From the NCBI GenBank assembly GCA_037141215.1, contig JBAXDA010000001.1, positions 1 to 28,625 on the forward strand: a stretch of 28,625 nt of DNA, in the 5' to 3' direction. How positions within the stretch are numbered: position 1 is the stretch's first letter; every line of letters starts with the position of its first letter. The stretch is from Candidatus Firestoneibacteriota bacterium. GTDB taxonomy: Bacteria; Oederibacteriota; D2-FULL-39-29; CAIOVX01. Of the stretch, positions 19,067 through 27,829 are shown in pieces. The position numbers and the translations under genes were made by a program. The notes below the pieces were generated by a model. The model had not been told where the DNA came from, did not search any database, and worked only from the letters and a program-made list of their open reading frames with translations.

Positions 19067-19083
19067 AAAGCCTCGGCTCGTTA

Positions 19084-19599
19084 TTAGCGCTTTTTCGATA
19101 GTTTCTTAAGCGCATCCAACTCTTTCTTCATCAAGAGTTTTTTCGCAAAACTCAGGTAATCTATGAAAAGAACCCCGTCCAGATGGTCAATTTCATGCTG
19201 TAAGGCCCTGGCAAGCAGCCCTTCAGCATCAGCTTCAAACTCCCTACCTTCCAGGTCTACAGCCCTTACCCTGACATAGGCCGGGCGCTCCACTTCTCCG
19301 CAAAGTTCCGGAAAGCTAAGACAACCTTCCTCTACCTTGAGTTTTCCTTCGTTGCGTATTATAACCGGGTTCAGAAGTGTATAAATCTCTCCTTTCGTGT
19401 CCCCGCGGTTGGTGTCTATTACACAGAGCCTGTCCAGCAGGCCCACCTGATTCGCAGCAAGCCCCACGCCCCTGGCTTTTCTCATGATTTCAAGCATCTT
19501 CGCGGCTTCAGTTCTTATTCTGTCATCTATTTTTTTGACAGGTTGGGCTTTCTTCCTTAATACAGGGTCGCCGTATAATTTTATTTTTGATTTTTCCAT
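19084..19599 (-). CDS. def: Peptide deformylase
   Basis: YGDPVLR, GVGLAANQ, EGCLSFP, QHEIDHLDG. ATG 19599 is preferred over the TTG at 19641. Confidence 0.96.
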   Translation of the reverse strand: MEKSKIKLYGDPVLRKKAQPVKKIDDRIRTEAAKMLEIMRKARGVGLAANQVGLLDRLCVIDTNRGDTKGEIYTLLNPVIIRNEGKLKVEEGCLSFPELCGEVERPAYVRVRAVDLEGREFEADAEGLLARALQHEIDHLDGVLFIDYLSFAKKLLMKKELDALKKLSKKR

Positions 19600-19608
19600 A
19601 TTGCTGAG

Positions 19609-19637
19609 ATTATAACAACTAAGGCCCTGAAAATCAA
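19609..19637 (-). promoter_or_regulatory. Sigma70-type promoter for def-fmt-htpX
   Basis: TTGATT-N17-TATAAT with TGn; ATG lies 9 nt after the -10 box and there is no SD. Confidence 0.7.
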
Positions 19638-19640
19638 GCA

Positions 19641-19669
19641 TTGACTAAGGGTTTTCATTGGGTTATACT
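19641..19669 (+). promoter_or_regulatory. Sigma70-type promoter for the pilT-family gene
   Basis: TTGACT-N17-TATACT, followed by SD AAAGGA and ATG 19702. Confidence 0.7.
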
Positions 19670-19701
19670 CATAAAATAGTCGGATTTTAAAAGGAAACAG
19701 G

Positions 19702-20883
19702 ATGAAAATTAAAGATCTATTGCAGCTTTGCATAGATAAAAAAGCCTCCGACCTGATTATTACAGCCAATACTCCTCCCATTCTCCGCAAGGACGGAGAG
19801 GTAATAAGGGCTGACCACGAAGCTCTTACTCCGGCAAAAACAAAAGAACTCATTGAAGAACTGCTCTCTGTAGCGAACAAAGAAGCCTTTGTAAAGGAAA
19901 AAGAGCTGGATTTCTCCTTCGAATTCCCGGGCGTAAGCAGGTTCAGGGTTAATGTTTATCTCCAAAAGAGCACCATGGCCGCCACCTTCAGGGCCGTCCC
20001 GCTTGAAGTTCCTACGCTGGCTTCTTTAGGTCTCCCGCCGGTTCTAAAAGAAATTGCTGCCATGCCTAGAGGCCTAGTACTGGTTACCGGACCGGCAGGC
20101 TGCGGAAAATCATCCACGCTCGCGGCTATAATCAACCATATAAACAAAACCAGGAAATGCCATATAATCACAATTGAAGATCCTATTGAATTTATCCACA
20201 AGAATCTGGAAAGCATAATTGAACAACGAGAGCTCAATATAGATACGGATTCTTTTGTCGGGGCGCTGAAACATGTAGTGAGACAGAGCCCTGATGTTAT
20301 CCTGGTCGGCGAAATGAGGGATCTTGAGACAATCACCACTGCAGTCACCGCAGCAGAGACGGGACATCTTGTGCTTGGAACTCTCCATACCATTGATGCG
20401 CCACAGTCCGTGAGCCGGATAGTGGATGTCTTCCCTACAGGGCAACAGGAACAGATAAGAACACAATTTGCGGGCTCTCTACTCGCGGTCATCTCCCAGC
20501 AGTTGCTCCCAAGAAAAGACGGAGAAGGCAGAGTACCGGCTGTTGAAGTGCTGATAAATACCCCCGGTATCAGAGCCCAAATAATGCACAATGACATTCA
20601 CCAGATTCCTTTGCACATTCATACCGGAAGGGATGTCGGCATGATCTCCATGAACAGATCGCTCAAAGCTCTTGTGGATAAAGGCATTGTTGACCTTGAA
20701 GTTGCCGCAAACAGGTCTTACTCGCCGACGGAGTTCAAGAGACTTTTCCTGAGATATTCCTCCTACAAGGCAAAAAATGCGAGAGCTATGTTTGCCGGCT
20801 TATTGAAACTTATGTTCAGGAGAAAATTCCTTCTATTTCTGTCTATAAAATACAGCATGTATAAATCCCGGCAGGAAACTTAG
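19702..20883 (+). CDS. pilT: PilT/PilU-family type IV pilus retraction ATPase
   Basis: ASDLII, Walker A GPAGCGKS, TIEDPIE, PDVILVGEMRD, AETGHLVLGTLHT. The AIRNLIRE motif is diverged (GIRAQIMH), so this may be a PilU-like paralogue. Confidence 0.82.
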   Translation: MKIKDLLQLCIDKKASDLIITANTPPILRKDGEVIRADHEALTPAKTKELIEELLSVANKEAFVKEKELDFSFEFPGVSRFRVNVYLQKSTMAATFRAVPLEVPTLASLGLPPVLKEIAAMPRGLVLVTGPAGCGKSSTLAAIINHINKTRKCHIITIEDPIEFIHKNLESIIEQRELNIDTDSFVGALKHVVRQSPDVILVGEMRDLETITTAVTAAETGHLVLGTLHTIDAPQSVSRIVDVFPTGQQEQIRTQFAGSLLAVISQQLLPRKDGEGRVPAVEVLINTPGIRAQIMHNDIHQIPLHIHTGRDVGMISMNRSLKALVDKGIVDLEVAANRSYSPTEFKRLFLRYSSYKAKNARAMFAGLLKLMFRRKFLLFLSIKYSMYKSRQET

Positions 20884-20942
20884 CCGAACGGCTTTATATT
20901 CTCGCCGCAGAAAATCTTCCTTAAGGAGACAATCAGCCAACT

Positions 20943-22112
20943 ATGAAGAAATATCCGATAACCTCAATATTCTACAGAGAAATGCTTGTAAATGATTGCC
21001 TGCCCTTCTGGCAGAAGAACTCTATTGACAGCAAGTACGGAGGATTCTTCACCTGCCTGGACCGGCAGGGCAATGTTTACGACACCGATAAATTCCTCTG
21101 GCTGCAGGGCCGGCAGGTTTGGACTTTTTCGATGCTTTATAACCGCCTCGAAAAACGGGAAGATTGGCTGAAAACGGCCGGACACGGAGCAGCCTTCCTT
21201 AAAAAGCACGGTCGGTCAAAAGACGGGAGCTGGTACTTCTCTCTTAACAGGCAGGGAAAACCTTTAATCCAGCCTTATAATATTTTTTCCGACTGCTTCG
21301 CTACGATGGCCTTCAGCCAATTCGGCCTTGCCTCCGGAGACGAAGAATCCCGGGAGATAGCCTACAACACATACAGGAATATCTTAAAACGGCGCTCTAA
21401 CCCCAAGGGACGGTGGACAAAAGGTATCGGAAAGACAAGGGCTTTAAAAAGTTTTTCCCTGCCTATGATACTCAGCAACCTGGTGCTTGAACTTGATTGG
21501 ATGCTTGAGAAAAATGAAATAGACAAGACCCTGGACAGTTGTATCCATGAAGTAATGGAGGTTTTTTATGACAAGCGTCGCGGGCTAATATTCGAGAATG
21601 TCAACGCCGACGGTTCCCATTCAGACAGTTTCGAAGGCAGGATATTAAACCCGGGGCACGGAATTGAGGCTATGTGGTTCTTAATGGAGATTGCAAAGCG
21701 CCGGAATGACCTGAAACTTATAAATAAGTGCTGCGATATAACCCTGGATATAATTAATTACAGCTGGGACAAAAAATACGGCGGGATCTTTTACTTCCTG
21801 GACGAGAAAGGTCAGCCCCCTCAACAGCTTGAATGGGACCAGAAACTCTGGTGGGTTCACCTTGAAACGCTTGTTGCGCTTATTAAGGGCTACAATTTGA
21901 CGGGCCGGAAAGAACTTCTGACTATGTTCAAGAAGATTCACGACTACAGCTGGGAACATTTTTCTGATACAAAATACGGCGAGTGGTTCGGGTATCTCAA
22001 CAGGCAGGGTGAAGTCTTGCTGCCGCTAAAAGGCGGAAAGTGGAAAGGTTGTTTTCATCTGCCAAGGGCGTTATTCATAATATCCCAAGAGCTGGAAAGA
22101 GCAGGCTGCTGA
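20943..22112 (+). CDS. N-acylglucosamine 2-epimerase (AGE family)
   Basis: [67 protein letters not shown]; SD AAGGAG. Confidence 0.9.
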   Translation: MKKYPITSIFYREMLVNDCLPFWQKNSIDSKYGGFFTCLDRQGNVYDTDKFLWLQGRQVWTFSMLYNRLEKREDWLKTAGHGAAFLKKHGRSKDGSWYFSLNRQGKPLIQPYNIFSDCFATMAFSQFGLASGDEESREIAYNTYRNILKRRSNPKGRWTKGIGKTRALKSFSLPMILSNLVLELDWMLEKNEIDKTLDSCIHEVMEVFYDKRRGLIFENVNADGSHSDSFEGRILNPGHGIEAMWFLMEIAKRRNDLKLINKCCDITLDIINYSWDKKYGGIFYFLDEKGQPPQQLEWDQKLWWVHLETLVALIKGYNLTGRKELLTMFKKIHDYSWEHFSDTKYGEWFGYLNRQGEVLLPLKGGKWKGCFHLPRALFIISQELERAGC

Positions 22113-22116
22113 AGCT

Positions 22117-22851
22117 TTAGTTAAGTTTGAATTTATCCCCGAGATAAAGGTTCTTCGCTTTCTCATCCAGCGATATTTCTTCCGGCGTACCGCTTAAAAG
22201 TATCTTGCCTGAATAAATAATATACGCCCGGTCGGTTATGGAAAGCGTCTCTCTAACATTATGGTCGGTAATAAGAATACCCAGTCCTTTCATTTTAAGC
22301 TGGGTAACAACCTGCTGGATATCCGCCACAGTTATCGGATCAATGCCGAGGAAAGGCTCGTCAAGCAGAAGGAATTTAGGCTGAGTCACAAGAGCCCGCG
22401 TTATTTCCACCCTTCTTCTTTCTCCGCCGGACAGGGTATAAGCCTGATGTTTCGCAAGATGCGCGATCCCGAATTCATTCAGCAATTCCTTCAGACGCTT
22501 CTGCTTTTCTTCTTTTGAAAGATCCAGGGTCTCAAGAATGGCCGAGATATTATCTTCAACGGTAAGTTTCCTGAAAATAGAAGGATCCTGCGGCAGATAG
22601 CCTATCCCATATCTTGCTCTTTCATAGGTGGGAAGCCCTGTTATATCTTTCCCGTCCAGAAGCACTCTTCCGGAATCAGGCTTAATAAGCCCTACCGCCA
22701 TATAAAAAGTGGTCGATTTGCCTGCTCCGTTCGGACCTAAAAGTCCGACAACTTCCCCCTGTTTAACATTGATATCAACTTCATCGACAACTGTTCTTTT
22801 TTTGTAGGTTTTAACTAATTTGACCGTGTTAAGAACGCTGGTCCCGCTCAT
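22117..22851 (-). CDS. lptB: LPS export ABC transporter ATPase
   Basis: GPNGAGKST, GYLPQDPSIFR, LSGGERRRVEI, LLDEPF, ITDHNVRETL. Confidence 0.96.
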   Translation of the reverse strand: MSGTSVLNTVKLVKTYKKRTVVDEVDINVKQGEVVGLLGPNGAGKSTTFYMAVGLIKPDSGRVLLDGKDITGLPTYERARYGIGYLPQDPSIFRKLTVEDNISAILETLDLSKEEKQKRLKELLNEFGIAHLAKHQAYTLSGGERRRVEITRALVTQPKFLLLDEPFLGIDPITVADIQQVVTQLKMKGLGILITDHNVRETLSITDRAYIIYSGKILLSGTPEEISLDEKAKNLYLGDKFKLN

Positions 22852-23507
22852 TCGCCGGCTCCTTTAACATAAAACTTTGCTGTTACATCCCCCTCCGCCA
22901 CAAGCAGCCTCTTGCCAAAGTAGATAGTAAGCTTTTTTCCCTTGAAAATATCATCAAGTTTGGTTACTACCGGGTTGTCTTCAAGAACAACACTGTCCTT
23001 TCTATCGTCAAGCAAGGCCGTCCCGCACTTTACTTTCATGTCCAGTCTTGAAATATCTACATTACCCCGTGCCACGGCCCTGTTCTCATTGCCGTAGAGC
23101 TCCATGACATCGGCCCGCACATTTGTTCTTACTTTCTCCTTATCCATTGAAACCAGGGTGGCATTTTCTTTCATAATCAGCTGTTTTGAGGATTTTAGAT
23201 ACTCAGCAAACTCTCCCGTCGTTCTCGTTCCGCTCTTCTCTGTGAATTCTATATGCTTTTCCGCTGTTATCATGTCACTATCAGGAAGTATCGTCACTTT
23301 TTCGGCTTTCATTATATTGCCGGCGTGCCTAACTTTGACTTCCCCGGTATAGGTAACGGCTTTTGTCCTGTTGTTAACATTCCAGGTAGAAGACTCTATC
23401 TCCAGGGGATCATCTTTCGAGATATTAACCTCCTGAGAGTATATAGGCAAAGCAACCGCTGCCGCCACCGCCAGAAGGGCTATATTCTTCAGCTTTGTCC
23501 TCACCAT
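22848..23507 (-). CDS. lptA: LptA/OstA-family periplasmic LPS transport protein (long form)
   Basis: Signal peptide (ALLAVAAAVALPIYS), beta-jellyroll-type strands (VTYTGEVKV, ARGNV, VLEDNP, GKKLTI), positioned between lptC and lptB. Confidence 0.8.
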   Translation of the reverse strand: MVRTKLKNIALLAVAAAVALPIYSQEVNISKDDPLEIESSTWNVNNRTKAVTYTGEVKVRHAGNIMKAEKVTILPDSDMITAEKHIEFTEKSGTRTTGEFAEYLKSSKQLIMKENATLVSMDKEKVRTNVRADVMELYGNENRAVARGNVDISRLDMKVKCGTALLDDRKDSVVLEDNPVVTKLDDIFKGKKLTIYFGKRLLVAEGDVTAKFYVKGAGE

Positions 23508-23513
23508 GTTTTT

Positions 23514-24053
23514 TTATTTCCTCTTTTTGAATTCGTCCAAATCGGTAATCTTGGTCAAAACCTTTTTCATTGTAATATTTTCAAGCATCATATCCGATTC
23601 TAAACCGATGCCTGTCATGGTATTGCTGCCTTTCGTTATCTTGACAAACATATTCGAGGAAAGCCTGTTCGTCTTATTCGACCAGATAAGTTTTTCAGTT
23701 TCCAGGATCGCGCCTTCCCGGGTTTTAAGCACCACATTTCCGGTCACCACCACATCATTGGTGGCGTTATTTATCGTTCCTTCTTTCGAAGTAAGATTTG
23801 AGGTCTCTTTTTCCTTCTCGAAATACCTGGCTTTTACCCCATAAAACCTCGTGTAATTCTCCCGGTGGAAAATCTGCGCTTCATCCGCTTTTATGATGAG
23901 TATGACTTTTCCGTCAAGGGTCTGCTTGAGTTCAAAGCCTTTCATGGAGATAATTCCCTTAGGCAGGTCTGTGATTATCTTAGTCGTTTCCCTTCCGCAG
24001 GAAGATAAAAACAGAAGGGCTGCTGCAAGAATAACAACCAGGAGCGTTCTCAT
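23514..24053 (-). CDS. lptC: LptC-family LPS export protein with a lipoprotein signal
   Basis: IIKADEA, VVVTGNVVL, LETEKLIW, GIGLESD in the canonical position upstream of lptA; lipobox LSSC at Cys19. Confidence 0.8.
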   Translation of the reverse strand: MRTLLVVILAAALLFLSSCGRETTKIITDLPKGIISMKGFELKQTLDGKVILIIKADEAQIFHRENYTRFYGVKARYFEKEKETSNLTSKEGTINNATNDVVVTGNVVLKTREGAILETEKLIWSNKTNRLSSNMFVKITKGSNTMTGIGLESDMMLENITMKKVLTKITDLDEFKKRK

Positions 24054-24059
24054 ATGGTT

Positions 24060-24088
24060 AGATTAGCATAAATAATTGAGTGTTGCAA
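24060..24088 (-). promoter_or_regulatory. Sigma70-type promoter for lptCAB, predicted leaderless
   Basis: TTGCAA-N17-TAATCT with TGn; ATG lies 6 nt after the -10 box and there is no SD. Confidence 0.62.
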
Positions 24089-24162
24089 TAATTTAGGTTC
24101 AAGAAGGCTTTAAAAGAAACCAATTGTCAGCACCTAACTAACATTATACCCGGTTAATGATG

Positions 24163-25128
24163 CTATTTTAATTTCAATAAATCGTGTAAATGTATAATCC
24201 CGATAAGTTCGCCGGGCCTATCCACCACCAAAAGAGTGCTGATAGATTTTTCCTCCGTCAGGCGCACGGCTTCGCTCACAAGCGCGTCTTTATGAATGGT
24301 TTTTGGATTCCGGGTCATTATATCCCTGGCTTTCTTCTTCAGAAAACTTTTCTCATTCTTAAGGTGCATTCTAAGATCCTGATCCGTTATTATCCCGGAA
24401 AGCTTTCCTTTTGAATTTAAAACCGCGGTACATCCTGTCTTTTTGACAGTCATCTCAACTATTACACTGCTCATGAGCATATTTTCTCTGACTGCCGGTA
24501 TTTCCTCTCCCTTCCTCATAATATCTTCAACTCTGGCGAGCATCCTGCCGAGACTACCGGCGGGGTGAAGCAGAGCATAGTCTTTTTCTTTAAATCCCCG
24601 TTTTATCAGCAGCGCGACAGCAAGCGCATCCCCCATTGCAAGTTCAGCCGTGGTGGAGGCCGTGGGAGCAAGCCCCAGAGGACAGGCTTCCTCTTTTACG
24701 GCAACGCAGACCGTAATATCAGAATTTTTCGCAAGCGTAGAGGCCTTCCCTCCTGTCAGGGCAATCACTCTTGCTCCTATCCGTTTTATGGCCGGCATAA
24801 TATCCAGCACTTCCTCTGTTTCTCCGCTGTTTGAAACAATTATCACGACATCATTTCTTAAGACGGTACCCAGGTCTCCGTGAACGCCTTCAGCGGGATG
24901 CATAAACAGCGCGGGCGTGCCGGTTGACGCAAGTGTCGCGGAGATCTTCCTCGCAATTATTCCGGCTTTTCCCATGCCGGTAACTATCACGCGGCCTTTG
25001 CACAAATAGAGCATTTTCACCGCTTTGACAAAGTCCCGGTTCACATACACCAGTAGTCCTTTGACGGCTTCCGCCTCTATTCTCAGGACTTTTTTTGCCT
25101 CGCTCAATATTTTTTTATCAGTGGCCAT
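24163..25128 (-). CDS. kdsD: Arabinose-5-phosphate isomerase (KpsF/GutQ family, SIS plus two CBS domains)
   Basis: TGMGKAG, ASTGTPALFMHPAEGVHGDLG, SNSGET, GLAPTAST, HPAGSLG, CBS repeats. Start ATG 25128. Confidence 0.93.
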   Translation of the reverse strand: MATDKKILSEAKKVLRIEAEAVKGLLVYVNRDFVKAVKMLYLCKGRVIVTGMGKAGIIARKISATLASTGTPALFMHPAEGVHGDLGTVLRNDVVIIVSNSGETEEVLDIMPAIKRIGARVIALTGGKASTLAKNSDITVCVAVKEEACPLGLAPTASTTAELAMGDALAVALLIKRGFKEKDYALLHPAGSLGRMLARVEDIMRKGEEIPAVRENMLMSSVIVEMTVKKTGCTAVLNSKGKLSGIITDQDLRMHLKNEKSFLKKKARDIMTRNPKTIHKDALVSEAVRLTEEKSISTLLVVDRPGELIGIIHLHDLLKLK

Positions 25129-25159
25129 AGCTTTGACTCCCGGGTAATTTGAGAATAAT

Positions 25160-25978
25160 TTACTTGATTGCTTCCGCAACTTTCTTAACTTTCTTGAGCA
25201 GTTTTTCCATATTTTTCAGGGGGAACACGGAAGAAGCATCACAAAGCGCTTTGCGCGGATTGGGGTGTGTTTCAATGAACAGGCCGTCAGCACCCGCGGC
25301 TACGCCTGCAAGCGCAAGCGGTTCTACGAAGCCGGGCTGTCCGCCCCTGGAGTCTGAGCTTGTAAAACCCGGAATCCTTACCGCATGCGTGACATCAAAG
25401 GTAACCGGATAACCAAGCTCTTTCATAAGCAAAAAGGACCTCATATCAACCACAAGATTGTTATAACCCAGGACGGTGCCCCGTTCCGTGAGTATTATTT
25501 TATTATTTCCCGTACTTTTTATCTTTTCCGCTATTTTTTTCATATCCCAGGGCGCAAGGAACTGCCCTTTTTTCACATTTATAATCTTTCCTGTTTCTCC
25601 GGCTCTCACCGCCAAGTCCGTCTGCTGGCACAGATAGGCGGGTATCTGGATGATATCGGCAACTTCGGCCACAGCATTAATATCATGCTTGCAGTGAAAA
25701 TCAGTCACTATAGGAACACCCGCTTGCTCTTTAACCGCCGCGAGTATCTTTAGCCCTTCCTTAAGCCCCGGCCCGCGGTAATTACCCACCGCCGTTCTAT
25801 TGGCTTTGTCATAGGACGCTTTGAATATATATGGAATCTTCAGCCTGTCCGCTATTTTTTTCAGCTTCTTCGCGGTGTCAAGGCATTGTTTTTCCGATTC
25901 AATGACACACGGGCCTGCCATGAGGAAAAAACCTTTCCTGCCAAAAATATATGACGCCAGTTCTTTTCCGCTACGCAT
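25160..25978 (-). CDS. kdsA: KDO-8-phosphate synthase, metal-dependent type, with a divergent active site
   Basis: AGPCVIES (metal-binding Cys), KASYDKANRT, KKGQF, ERG, DVTH, ETHPNP; kdsB-pyrG-kdsA-kdsD synteny. Confidence 0.88.
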   Translation of the reverse strand: MRSGKELASYIFGRKGFFLMAGPCVIESEKQCLDTAKKLKKIADRLKIPYIFKASYDKANRTAVGNYRGPGLKEGLKILAAVKEQAGVPIVTDFHCKHDINAVAEVADIIQIPAYLCQQTDLAVRAGETGKIINVKKGQFLAPWDMKKIAEKIKSTGNNKIILTERGTVLGYNNLVVDMRSFLLMKELGYPVTFDVTHAVRIPGFTSSDSRGGQPGFVEPLALAGVAAGADGLFIETHPNPRKALCDASSVFPLKNMEKLLKKVKKVAEAIK

Positions 25979-26055
25979 TTTTGCCTCCGAGCAAGCGCCC
26001 GCAAAATATCATTAACCGCTGTAATTTCCGTTCTTACCGCACTTATTTAAATCTC

Positions 26056-27663
26056 CTACAATTTCTTGCCTTTTTCCAACGCCGCTTTCACAAACTCCGA
26101 GAAGAGCGGGTGAGGCGCAAGGGGCCTGGACTTAAATTCGGGATGGAATTGCACCCCGACAAACCAGGGGTGATCCGGAACTTCAATTATCTCAACAAGA
26201 CCGCCGTCCTTTGTAGTGCCGCCAATCCTCAAGCCTTTGCCCGTAAGTCTTTCCTTGTACTCGTTGTTAAACTCAAATCTATGCCTGTGTCTTTCTGATA
26301 TCATTTCTTTGCCGTAAGCCGCTCTGGCGTTTGAGCCTGCTGTCAGCTTGCAATCCCAAGCGCCTAACCTCATCGTGCCGCCTTTATTCTCAACACCGTG
26401 CTGGCTCGCTAGCAGTGAAATAACAGGGTAAGGCGTCTTTTCATCAAATTCCGTGCTGTTCGCACCCGCCAACCCGCAGACATTCCTGGCAAATTCTATT
26501 ACCGCGCACTGCATGCCCAGACAGATACCGAAGAACGGAAGTTTTGTTTCTCTGGCGTATTTTATCGCCTCTATTTTCCCTTCTATGCCTCTTCCTCCGA
26601 ATCCGCCGGGAACAAGTATGCCGTCAATATCATGTAGGGCCTGTCCAGCGCCGTTCTTTATCACATTATCAGCGTCAATCCAGTGTAATTTTACTTTTGC
26701 GTTATTAGTTGTCCCAGCATGCACAAACGCTTCAATGATACTTTTGTAGGCGTCTTTTAACTCCACATATTTTCCGACAATACCTATATTCGCGGTCTTT
26801 GCCGGATACTTAATTCTTTCAACGACCTTTTCCCAGGGTGAAATATCCTGTTTCCCGTATCTTAAATTTAGAAGCTTCATCACGATAATATCAAGCCCTT
26901 CTTCCTTAAAGAGCAGCGGCACCTCATAAACGGTAGAGGCGTCCACGCACTGGATAACCCCTTCTTCTTCCACATTGCAGAACATGGAAATCTTGGCTTT
27001 CATGTCTTTTGAGATAGGATGGTTGCACCGGCAGATGAGTATATCCGGCTGGATGCCTATATTTCTCAGAGCCGCTACGCTATGCTGCGTCGGTTTAGTC
27101 TTCAATTCTCCGGCTGTTTCTATATAGGGCAGGAGCGTTACATGAACATATATAACATTCTCTTTACCGACGTCTTTTCTGAACTGTCTTATGGCTTCAA
27201 GAAAAGGCAGGCTCTCAATATCCCCGACAGTGCCTCCTATCTCGACAACCGCCACATCAACATTACTGTCCTTGGTTATCTTGTGAATCCTGTTCTTTAT
27301 CTCGTCGGTAATATGCGGAACAACCTGTATGGTCTTGCCGAGATAATCTCCTTTTCTTTCCCTGGAGATAACAGAAAAGTATATCTGCCCGGTTGTTACA
27401 TTATTATCTTTGCCCATCAAGGCGCCGGTAAACCTCTCGTAATGCCCGAGGTCCAGGTCCGTCTCCGCGCCGTCGTCCGTAACAAAAACTTCTCCGTGCT
27501 GATACGGATTCATGGTACCCGGATCTACGTTTATATAAGGATCAAATTTCTGATGTGTGACTTTTAAGCCGCGAGACTCCAGAAGGCAGCCTATTGAAGA
27601 GCTTGTTATGCCCTTCCCGAGCGACGAGACCACTCCGCCTGTCACAAAGATATACTTTGCCAT
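26056..27663 (-). CDS. pyrG: CTP synthase
   Basis: [67 protein letters not shown]. Confidence 0.98.
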   Translation of the reverse strand: MAKYIFVTGGVVSSLGKGITSSSIGCLLESRGLKVTHQKFDPYINVDPGTMNPYQHGEVFVTDDGAETDLDLGHYERFTGALMGKDNNVTTGQIYFSVISRERKGDYLGKTIQVVPHITDEIKNRIHKITKDSNVDVAVVEIGGTVGDIESLPFLEAIRQFRKDVGKENVIYVHVTLLPYIETAGELKTKPTQHSVAALRNIGIQPDILICRCNHPISKDMKAKISMFCNVEEEGVIQCVDASTVYEVPLLFKEEGLDIIVMKLLNLRYGKQDISPWEKVVERIKYPAKTANIGIVGKYVELKDAYKSIIEAFVHAGTTNNAKVKLHWIDADNVIKNGAGQALHDIDGILVPGGFGGRGIEGKIEAIKYARETKLPFFGICLGMQCAVIEFARNVCGLAGANSTEFDEKTPYPVISLLASQHGVENKGGTMRLGAWDCKLTAGSNARAAYGKEMISERHRHRFEFNNEYKERLTGKGLRIGGTTKDGGLVEIIEVPDHPWFVGVQFHPEFKSRPLAPHPLFSEFVKAALEKGKKL

Positions 27664-27799
27664 TTTGGTTTCCCCCTCTTTACGGTTGTCAGACAGTTAT
27701 GCCGTTCAGCTTTTCGCGTCCGGCAGCGCTGGCGGAGCAATTCACCGTAAGAGGCAAGCTTACTCTCACTGGAAGATTATTGACTTTTGCAGGTTCTTA

Positions 27800-27805
27800 A
27801 TTATA
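27800..27805 (-). promoter_or_regulatory. Perfect -10 box (TATAAT), possible internal promoter for pyrG
   Basis: TATAAT on the minus strand about 135 nt upstream of the pyrG start; no convincing -35. Confidence 0.35.
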
Positions 27806-27829
27806 TACGGCAAACAATTCTTTACAGTA

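Noticed and set aside
24151-26018. 11-bp perfect inverted repeat (CGGTTAATGAT at 24151-24161 and ATCATTAACCG at 26008-26018) flanking kdsD-kdsA, suggesting an invertible segment
   Set aside because: Short enough to arise by chance among the intergenic sequence here, no recombinase in the window, and the genes are in canonical orientation.
27689-27769. 26-codon GTG-initiated ORF within the pyrG leader
   Set aside because: No SD and no informative codon bias; it cannot be distinguished from chance.
27780-27809. Plus-strand TTGACT followed by TATATA/TATACG, a possible promoter antisense to kdsB
   Set aside because: No candidate -10 has the conserved final T at 16-18 nt spacing; the AT-rich patch is better explained by the minus-strand TATAAT.
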